Source of the DNA: an uncultured Candidatus Micrarchaeota archaeon
GTDB taxonomy: Archaea; Micrarchaeota; Micrarchaeia; Anstonellales; Bilamarchaeaceae
Direction of reading: 5' to 3'
Length of the DNA stretch: 64,000 bases
Assembly: GCA_963714085.1 (NCBI GenBank)
Contig: OY970229.1
Location: forward strand, 64,001 to 128,000
Shown: positions 56,904 to 64,000 of the stretch, piece by piece
Layout: each line of letters begins with the position of its first letter
How positions within the stretch are numbered: the first letter of the stretch is position 1
Translations under genes and position numbers: made by a program
The notes under the pieces: model-generated
The model's input: only the letters and a program-made list of their open reading frames with translations
Databases searched by the model: none
What the model was told of the DNA's origin: nothing

Positions 56904-58226
56904 ATGGCTGCAACGCCTAGGTGCGGGCTTCAGATACCGAAAAGATGCCCCGAATGGCTCCACATCCCCAGCGATACCGCGGCATGGCATAGCAAGAGGC
57001 CGTGGGTCGACCGGCCGGAATGCGACTATTACGACTGGGCCAGGGGCGTGCGCTCCGCCGACGCCGCACACCAGCTGGCGCACAGGAGCTTCGAATCGCT
57101 TTTCAGCCTCAGCCTCCGCGAGGTTGCGGACAGGCACGCCCAGGTGGCAGAAGAAGTGCGGGGAAAGATCTGCAGCGCGTTCAACAGGAACCCGGCGAAC
57201 AGCGTCAGGCCCGAGCACGTCGTTCTGGGGCAAAGCATCTCCGAGCTGTCCAATCTGGCCGCGTATCTGCTGTTCTTGAGCTTCCAGAAATTCTGCATTC
57301 CGGAGGAAGGCAGGTACACGTATCAGCAGTTTTTCAACGCATTATACCTTCCAGCCGAGGTGGCGAGAAAAAAGGCCACGCAACAGGTTTTCCGCGTCAA
57401 TGCCGGTTATCCGTTCTATGAGTACAAACCTGAAAAAATCGAAGCATGCGGAGGCAATCCTTACGACTGCTATTGCGACTTCAGCCGTATGGCGGCTGGC
57501 AGGGAACTGCCCATAAGCGCATGGGAACTCGCTACCCGGGAGGTTTCCCATGACGGTTTTTGTTCGTGCGTCCATCACAAGCGAATGCCACGCATCGATA
57601 AAGAACCGGAAGGCATTTTTAGATTTGGCGACGGGGCGCATGTGAGCAATTTTTCCGAGATTGACCTCGCGCGATGGGACGCGTTATTCGGCAGTTTCGG
57701 AAAGTTTTTGGGCGGGGAACCGCTTGCCTTTGCGATAATGAGCGACCGGATGCTCGATCATCTGGAAAAATCCGGGCACGGGCTCAGAAAAATCGCAGGC
57801 CAATTCGCACCAGAAGCAGGTTTAGGTGCGGATTGCACCGAAACCGCCCATTGGATATCTTTGCCGGAATTGGAGGCTGCGAATGCCGTTTTGGGCCATT
57901 ATCTGTCTTTGCCGCAACTGCCCATGCATTATGCATATTCTCATTGCGCCACGTCTGGCAGTTACTATGAAGGTTACGCGCGGCTGCTCAGGGTCGTTTC
58001 GGAATCATTCGCCGAATACAAGGGCCTCGGAATAGGCTATATCGAAAATGCATGTGACAATCCAGTTTGTTGGTCCTACAGGTTCCGGGTGTCATTTTCA
58101 CAGTACCAGGCTGTGGACCCCGAACGGGCCAGGAAGATGCTCGATGACGCCAATCAGGTCTATCAGCATTTGAGGACCCGGGAAGCGTTGGAGAGGAAAG
58201 TGCTATGGGTTCCGAAATCCGAATAG
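56904..58226 (+). CDS. Highly divergent class-V PLP-fold protein (paralog A)
   Basis: YYDWA, EEVRGKI...PEHVVLGQSISE, DGAHV, GSFGKFLGGEP. Confidence 0.6.
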   Translation: MAATPRCGLQIPKRCPEWLHIPSDTAAWHSKRPWVDRPECDYYDWARGVRSADAAHQLAHRSFESLFSLSLREVADRHAQVAEEVRGKICSAFNRNPANSVRPEHVVLGQSISELSNLAAYLLFLSFQKFCIPEEGRYTYQQFFNALYLPAEVARKKATQQVFRVNAGYPFYEYKPEKIEACGGNPYDCYCDFSRMAAGRELPISAWELATREVSHDGFCSCVHHKRMPRIDKEPEGIFRFGDGAHVSNFSEIDLARWDALFGSFGKFLGGEPLAFAIMSDRMLDHLEKSGHGLRKIAGQFAPEAGLGADCTETAHWISLPELEAANAVLGHYLSLPQLPMHYAYSHCATSGSYYEGYARLLRVVSESFAEYKGLGIGYIENACDNPVCWSYRFRVSFSQYQAVDPERARKMLDDANQVYQHLRTREALERKVLWVPKSE

Positions 58227-58958
58227 CTACCTCATCACCCTCATTATGTCGCTCATTATCGGCATGAGCTTTCGCTCCGACTTCCTGAGCAGCTCCGCGG
58301 CAGTGCTTTCGCTTATGCCGAGCTTCGCGCCCAGCTCCTGGAGGCTTACCTTCTTCGGTTCCTCATAATATCCGTACCTGCACGCAAGGTCGAACAGCTC
58401 GTACTGGCGCGGCGTGAGGAGCTCTGACGCGGATTTGAGCTGGAGGTAGCCGCTGGAAGAGAATATGTCGAAATTGACCTTCTCCTTCGTAGTTATGAAC
58501 CTCTTGGACTTGAGCCTTATGTCGTAGTTGCCCTCCACAATCTCCAGGAATTTCCGGTAGTTATGGTAGCTCGGCGCGAAGAGCGTGACCACGTCCGTGC
58601 CGTTCTGGCTGTAGGTCGGCTGGAGCCATGCAACCCCCGAGCTTGCGAGCTTTGGGGCAGTGGATATGCAGTTGTCCGCTCGTATCGCGACCCAGCTCGT
58701 CCGCTCGCCCTTCTGGACCACCCGCACCTCCCTTACCTCCTTCAATGACCTGGACCGCTCCAGCATCCCCGCAAGCTCGTCGCTGCCTATCTCGAACAGG
58801 TTGGTTACGGTGTTCCTGTCGCTGGACAGCGTCATCAGCCACCGTATCTTGATGCCGTGGAGCCTTTCGCTGGCGTCGCAGCTGACGCACTTATGGACCT
58901 GCTCCAGTTCCACGATCAGAGGCGATTCCCCCATGACCCTGTTTTCGTCTTTTTTCAT
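58227..58958 (-). CDS. HTH_10 (bacterio-opsin activator type) transcription regulator
   Basis: LTPRQ...A..YGYYEEPKKVSLQELG.KLGISEST..ELLRK.ERK. Confidence 0.9.
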   Translation of the reverse strand: MKKDENRVMGESPLIVELEQVHKCVSCDASERLHGIKIRWLMTLSSDRNTVTNLFEIGSDELAGMLERSRSLKEVREVRVVQKGERTSWVAIRADNCISTAPKLASSGVAWLQPTYSQNGTDVVTLFAPSYHNYRKFLEIVEGNYDIRLKSKRFITTKEKVNFDIFSSSGYLQLKSASELLTPRQYELFDLACRYGYYEEPKKVSLQELGAKLGISESTAAELLRKSERKLMPIMSDIMRVMR

Positions 58959-60646
58959 TTATTAACCTTCCCCCGCTCTGGAGCGATGCGCGCCTCGGCT
59001 GCATTCCGTATGGCCTGGTCGCCATGATAGCCGGCTACTGCCCGCAACAGCCACTCGTCCTGCGTGGATTGGACCAGTGCCATCGCCCGGCTCGGCTCTG
59101 CGAAGAAAATCGCATCGAGCTTCTCGAGATTTTTCATGATTCTGCCGTCATTTTTTCTATTCACGGAGGCGTCTTCGATCAGGCCCCTCTCTAGGGAATA
59201 TGCAAGCCTGCTTGCCAAACCCCTCACATGCTCGATGCTGTGCTCCGGGGACAAGCTTATCCTGATAGCATACGCCACGTACAAGAAACCTGTGAGCACG
59301 GGCCTGCCCGAAATGTCGTGCTCGGACAGGTTCTCGAATGTTATCGCGTATGGTGCCATGTCCTTCCTGAACGTGATTTTCAGCTCGAAATCCATCGATT
59401 GGTATCCGGGGTCGTTCTTCATGATCGCGAAACTGACGAAATGGGGCGCTGAATCCACCGAAGGAAGCCGGATGCCCGACCAGGCAGCATTGAACGAAAA
59501 CACCGCCGCGCAGAGATAGTCCTTGAGCTTCTTCATCTGCCTAGCCCGCTCTTCCACATCCAGGCTTTCTATCGTAGCATACAGGGAAAACAACTCGGGC
59601 AACGATACCCAGTGCGCGCATCCTGCCGCGTCCTTCGGTCCCACTGCCAGGCTGGTTTCAGGGCTGAACTGGAACGCGATCCTCGGCCAGGATGTCCTCG
59701 GCAGCTCCTTCTCCATGATGCCGAGTACCTCGTCGCTGACATAGCACATGCCGACGGTGGGCTCTCCGCCGAGTGCTTTCGATGAGTTCATCACCACCAC
59801 ATCGCCTAATTCAGCGGCCTTGAACCTCAATGCTCCGACAGAATGGCTGGCATCGACGATATGCAGCCACACGGGCCCGATCCTTTCTATCTCCTGCCAA
59901 ATCGCCCGGAGGTCTTTCTCACCGCTAATTCGGTTGACGTGCGAGCAGTACGCCACGTTCGGCCCGCCACCGAGTTTTCCAGCCGCAGGTCTGCCACTCG
60001 GGGGCATGGGGCTCCGATGCAGGTCGGCATCCGAAACATACTCGAATTCCCCCGTTATTTCAGACGAACCGGTATTCGTGACGAATTTCAAACCAAACCG
60101 CTCTCTGAAGTGACGCATTTCTGCGATATCGTCGAAACTCCGCAACAGCTGGTCCTTTGCCCCGAAATTCTGGAAGGTCAGCCTGTCCGCGGTCCGGCGA
60201 TTCTCCGTTACAAATATCTCAAGAGCATTGAATTCGCTGCGATCAGCAACAAGGTTGTATCTTCTTTGCCGCCCCAGGCTCAACAGTACGGGTATCAATG
60301 TCCGCATCGCAGAATTCCCGAAAAAGATATTCCTGGGTTCGCATTCCAAAAGCTCTGCCATTCGTTTCCGCGCTGCTTCCGCAAGATTAAATCCGCCGCT
60401 TGCAACCGCCGCGGCCCCCTTTTCACTAAGCAGCCTGGGTGTTATGTCATTGTAATATTCAAGAGCCGCCTCATGGCCCGCGTCGCTTCCCCGTATGCCG
60501 GAAGCAACATCGAAATACCATTTCATCGGTATGTCATTTGGATCGCGGCCGTGTTTTTGTGTTCTGTCGAGAAGGGGCGTTTCGCTCGCCGTTGCGCTAT
60601 GCTGCCAGCGCTCTTTGTGTTTCCACAGCCCCTGACTCTTAAACAT
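58955..60646 (-). CDS. Divergent class-V PLP-dependent enzyme-like protein (paralog B)
   Basis: YFDVA, EAARKRMAELLECEPRNIFFGNSA, SHVNRISG, VDASHSVG, NSSKALGGEP. ATGA overlap with the HTH_10 gene. Confidence 0.72.
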   Translation of the reverse strand: MFKSQGLWKHKERWQHSATASETPLLDRTQKHGRDPNDIPMKWYFDVASGIRGSDAGHEAALEYYNDITPRLLSEKGAAAVASGGFNLAEAARKRMAELLECEPRNIFFGNSAMRTLIPVLLSLGRQRRYNLVADRSEFNALEIFVTENRRTADRLTFQNFGAKDQLLRSFDDIAEMRHFRERFGLKFVTNTGSSEITGEFEYVSDADLHRSPMPPSGRPAAGKLGGGPNVAYCSHVNRISGEKDLRAIWQEIERIGPVWLHIVDASHSVGALRFKAAELGDVVVMNSSKALGGEPTVGMCYVSDEVLGIMEKELPRTSWPRIAFQFSPETSLAVGPKDAAGCAHWVSLPELFSLYATIESLDVEERARQMKKLKDYLCAAVFSFNAAWSGIRLPSVDSAPHFVSFAIMKNDPGYQSMDFELKITFRKDMAPYAITFENLSEHDISGRPVLTGFLYVAYAIRISLSPEHSIEHVRGLASRLAYSLERGLIEDASVNRKNDGRIMKNLEKLDAIFFAEPSRAMALVQSTQDEWLLRAVAGYHGDQAIRNAAEARIAPERGKVNK

Positions 60647-60699
60647 GTTTTAATTTATGTCAACAAAAGCTTAAAAACTCGCTTGAAGATAGTCTAACC

Positions 60700-61281
60700 A
60701 TGATAGCCGGGCTCGACCTTGCGGGAAGCGGAATGCGCGATACCGGGTACTGCCTGCTTGATGGCAGGAAAGCGAAGGTAGCGATACTGCACAGCGACAG
60801 GGACATACTCGCCGCGCTCAGGAGCGACAGGCCGGACATCGTGGCGATAGACGCCCCGCTCTCGCTCCCCAAAGGCAGGAGGAGCATAGACGTGCGCGAC
60901 GCTCACCATTTCCGCGGATGCGACCTGGAGCTGCGCAAGCTGGGCATACGCTTTTTCCCCATCACATTGGGACCCATGCGCATGCTCACCAAAAGGGGCA
61001 TGTCGCTGAAAAAGAAGATCGCCCGCGCGCTTCCGAAGGCCCGCGTGATCGAGGCGTATCCCGGGGCGGCCTACGACCTGCTCGGAGCGGAGCGCAAAAA
61101 CAAGAAGGCGATACGCTCGCTTTTCCGAAAATACGCGCTCACGCTTCCTGGACGCCCGCTTTCGCAGGACGAGCTGGACGGAGTCTGCTGCGCGCTGGTC
61201 GGGAGGATGTTCGCGGAAGGGGATGCGGTCGAGATAGGCGACAAGAAGGAGGGGACCATCATAATACCGAAAGCCAAATGA
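60700..61281 (+). CDS. DUF429 family protein (RNase H-like predicted nuclease)
   Basis: GLDLAG, VAIDAPLSLP, R.CD.ELRK.GI, IEAYP, DELD. Confidence 0.88.
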   Translation: MIAGLDLAGSGMRDTGYCLLDGRKAKVAILHSDRDILAALRSDRPDIVAIDAPLSLPKGRRSIDVRDAHHFRGCDLELRKLGIRFFPITLGPMRMLTKRGMSLKKKIARALPKARVIEAYPGAAYDLLGAERKNKKAIRSLFRKYALTLPGRPLSQDELDGVCCALVGRMFAEGDAVEIGDKKEGTIIIPKAK

Positions 61282-61305
61282 ATGCCTTCGCGATGCAGAA
61301 TCGCT

Positions 61306-62547
61306 TCATCGCGAATATTTTTCCCGTATCTCATTGACCGCGGTCTCGAAGTGGCTCACATGGACCGGCCCGTGGCGGTACGCCTTTCCGGAATAGGTCT
61401 CGCGCGTGTCGCTCCAGCCGCCCAGGTGCCCGTTGCTGTTGAACGCCAGGAGGTCCAATGCGTTATTGAACATGCGGAGGGACGCTGGCGAGGCCATCAT
61501 TCTCATATAAGCGGCCGCATCCGGGAAGTACACGAGCGCGCCGCCCGTGCTGAAGTCCGGGCAGCCGTAATCCCCAGGCACTCCCTGGATCCCCTGCCCG
61601 TCCCCTGGGAAGATATCGTACACGGACATGGGATGGCGTCCGGCCAGGGCGTGCGCCACGTCCTCGTTGATGACGACCTTGGGCTTTCCAGATGCCGCGG
61701 CGTAGATCCCTCCGAAGGCGAACGCTTCCAGGTCGCAGTACTCCCTGGGGTAGCATCCGTCCATGGAGTCGTGCATGAAGAATATGTCGGTTTTCAATGC
61801 GATGCCATGGGGGACGTGGAGCGGAAGCGCGTCGTTCTTTTCCACGAACACGTATCTCACGGTCGCGGGTTTCCCGAAGACCTCGAGTTCGAAAACAGCG
61901 CCGCCGTCGCTCTTGTGGAAATCCTTTTGCACTATGTACGGCGCGATGAGGAGCTTCGCGAATTCCTCGGCAAACTCTTCCGCGTGGGCTTTGAGCTCGG
62001 TGAAAGTGTACGAAACCCTGACATCCGCTATCCGCTGCAGCATGAGCCCGAATTGTAGCACCGCGATGTGCGTCCCTGCCGCGGGATACGTTATATCGAC
62101 CGTGTCCCCGCTTTTGAGGCCGAGGAAGCGCACCATGTCGGCATAGGGGAGCCTGGAGATGGTCTCGAGCGAGTTCATGGGCGCGCCATCCATCCTTATG
62201 CGGCTGAAATGCTTCAGGAAATCCGGGTTCTCCAGGGAACAGATGTCCGTGCTTCCGGACGATCCTTTCTTGCATTTTTCCATCTGCCCGCCCGCGGGTC
62301 TTTCCGCGGCCAGAGCCTGGGAAGACGGGGTTTTTTGCTCCTGATGCCGCTTGTTTCCTTTCGACATCAATTTGAAGAAGGCCGAACTCAGCGGGCCATG
62401 GTCACGTGTTCCGTCCGAGGCTGGTTTGAGCGAGCACGCGCCCGATGCAAGGGCGCCTCCCAGAGCGAGGAGCGGAAGATATCTAGCCAGCTTGCGCTGC
62501 AGGCGCCCGGTTCGGGCTCTCTCTGGCTGCATCTGGCGGACAGGCAT
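61306..62547 (-). CDS. Hypothetical exported protein (possible lipoprotein)
   Basis: Basic then hydrophobic N-terminus LPLLALGGALASGAC. No family recognised. Confidence 0.65.
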   Translation of the reverse strand: MPVRQMQPERARTGRLQRKLARYLPLLALGGALASGACSLKPASDGTRDHGPLSSAFFKLMSKGNKRHQEQKTPSSQALAAERPAGGQMEKCKKGSSGSTDICSLENPDFLKHFSRIRMDGAPMNSLETISRLPYADMVRFLGLKSGDTVDITYPAAGTHIAVLQFGLMLQRIADVRVSYTFTELKAHAEEFAEEFAKLLIAPYIVQKDFHKSDGGAVFELEVFGKPATVRYVFVEKNDALPLHVPHGIALKTDIFFMHDSMDGCYPREYCDLEAFAFGGIYAAASGKPKVVINEDVAHALAGRHPMSVYDIFPGDGQGIQGVPGDYGCPDFSTGGALVYFPDAAAYMRMMASPASLRMFNNALDLLAFNSNGHLGGWSDTRETYSGKAYRHGPVHVSHFETAVNEIREKYSR

Positions 62548-62707
62548 ATAGTATAATATGGTTAGAAGTGTTTAAAAATAAGACTTTGTGGCCATATCTC
62601 CGGGCAGGTACGCGATCCGGATCCGGACGGACTAAATCGGCTCGCTTAGCTAAAGATTATAAAAAGATTCAATTCATGTATGAGCAACATATAATGGGAG
62701 TGAGCAT

Positions 62708-63655
62708 ATGGCAAACGCAATTGGAGGCATGCCTCTTCAGCACAGTACGCGCAAGGACGTGATAAGCGTCGGATGGAGACCGGCAGTGGAACGCCGATTT
62801 GACGCGAACCGGTACAGGCCGATCACCGGATGCATCGAAAAGCTGGACCGCGGCAAGTCGTTGGTAGTGAAGGCCGCGTTCGAGATGGACCCGAATGGAT
62901 GGACGGGTTATGACTATCACCTGGGCACAGCAATAAACCGCACCGAGCGCCACTCGGGCGGAGGCTTCATGCAGCTGGAGTGCATGGAAGACGGGATAAA
63001 GGCCGTTGATTTGCTGCAGCAGGTCTACGACCTGTGCGCCCTTCTCTCCCATCCGCGGATCTGGTACGACCAGTCCTGGTTCAGGGCCTCGCGCGGGGAA
63101 TACGCCATCGAAGAGGCCAGGGCCGTGCTCAGCATCGAGAAATCCGATCCGGTCTTCGGCAGGCGTGATAGGACATTCGCCGGAGCCTATTATCCGAGCC
63201 GTGCCAAGATCCTGAGGATCATAGAAAGGCTTACGACGCCCGAGGCGCAGGATGACATAACCGCCATGGTGGACATGAGGCGCATGATAAACTTCGACTC
63301 GTTCTGCATCTCCACGCACCCTGGAAGGACCGACGATGGCAAGAATTGGGAGCTCGCGCATGAGAAGATGGCCGCGAGGGCGATCTGGTACATGAGGAAC
63401 AACCCCTGGCTGGAGACCTGCTGGGAGCACTGGATGGACGTATCCGGGCCGCTCGATATGCCGAGACCCTACGCCTCCATCAATGAGCTCGGCATGCTGG
63501 ATAGGACCGACAGGCTCAAACTCCTCGTCCCATTGCTGAGCCTGCTGAAAAAGGACCAGAGCATACACCTGGTCAAGGCGAATACGTCGGTGCAGTCGTA
63601 CCTGGTTGACATCACGGGCAAAGACAGGCTGGATGGAGACCATCAGCGAAAGTGA
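62708..63655 (+). CDS. Hypothetical protein (tandem paralog 1)
   Basis: GGAGTGA RBS and a 315-aa ORF. Shares motifs with the next ORF. Confidence 0.75.
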   Translation: MANAIGGMPLQHSTRKDVISVGWRPAVERRFDANRYRPITGCIEKLDRGKSLVVKAAFEMDPNGWTGYDYHLGTAINRTERHSGGGFMQLECMEDGIKAVDLLQQVYDLCALLSHPRIWYDQSWFRASRGEYAIEEARAVLSIEKSDPVFGRRDRTFAGAYYPSRAKILRIIERLTTPEAQDDITAMVDMRRMINFDSFCISTHPGRTDDGKNWELAHEKMAARAIWYMRNNPWLETCWEHWMDVSGPLDMPRPYASINELGMLDRTDRLKLLVPLLSLLKKDQSIHLVKANTSVQSYLVDITGKDRLDGDHQRK

Positions 63656-63659
63656 CGCT

Positions 63660-64000
63660 ATGAAAAACACGGCTGAAAGGGAGTTTCTCGGATGCAGCAA
63701 GCGCGGGGATGCGATAAGCATCGGATGGAGAGCGAAGGACCGTGAGCCCATCATCGAATTCATCAAAAGCCCGGGCACCCCCCTGGAAGTGAAGATGGCG
63801 TTCGAGGTGGACGGCCGGAGCAAGAAAAGACATGATTATCGCTCGGCCAAAACAACGGACTGCCCGGATGCCCACTTGGGCGGCGGGTTCATGAGGCTCA
63901 AGTGCGTGGAAGGCGGGATAACGGCCGCGGAACTGCTACGGCCGGTCTACGACCTGTGCGCCTGGCTCCCCCATCCGCGGATCTGGTACGAGCGGTACAT
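63660..64000 (+). CDS. Hypothetical protein (tandem paralog 2), runs off the window edge; absent from the ORF track
   Basis: Hand translation MKNTAEREFLGCSKRGDAISIGWR...HLGGGFMRLKCVEGG...VYDLCAWLPHPRIWY matches 62708..63655. Confidence 0.8.
   Translation, partial: MKNTAEREFLGCSKRGDAISIGWRAKDREPIIEFIKSPGTPLEVKMAFEVDGRSKKRHDYRSAKTTDCPDAHLGGGFMRLKCVEGGITAAELLRPVYDLCAWLPHPRIWYERY

Overview
Archaeal chromosomal window. Evidence: Alba, ABCE1/RLI, an archaeal SelB-like protein, an HTH_10 regulator, and TATA boxes ~22-30 nt upstream of many ATGs. The mix of housekeeping genes and many orphan or paralogous helical proteins suggests a DPANN (Micrarchaeota-like) lineage, but that is inference. Housekeeping content: a complete 2-oxoacid (pyruvate-type) dehydrogenase operon plus lipA, a DEAD-box helicase, an RNase Z-like hydrolase, an NDP-sugar transferase, DUF92, alba, rli, ccdA/DipZ-like thioredoxin, trxB and glutaredoxin. 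Two toxin-antitoxin-type pairs are present (MNT-HEPN and AbiE-like). The most striking accessory features are: (1) an ~18.7 kb four-gene surface-glycoprotein locus (24.9-43.6 kb) built from shared modules, including a ~3200-aa protein with 17 mosaic HYR repeats; (2) two secreted, Cys-rich lysozyme-superfamily enzymes (SLT-like and GH19-like) flanking a thiol-redox module; (3) two very divergent class-V PLP-fold paralogs converging on an HTH_10 regulator; and (4) several locally duplicated orphan families. No rRNA, tRNA, CRISPR array, transposase or integrase was recognised. All family calls come from motif recognition by eye, not database searches.
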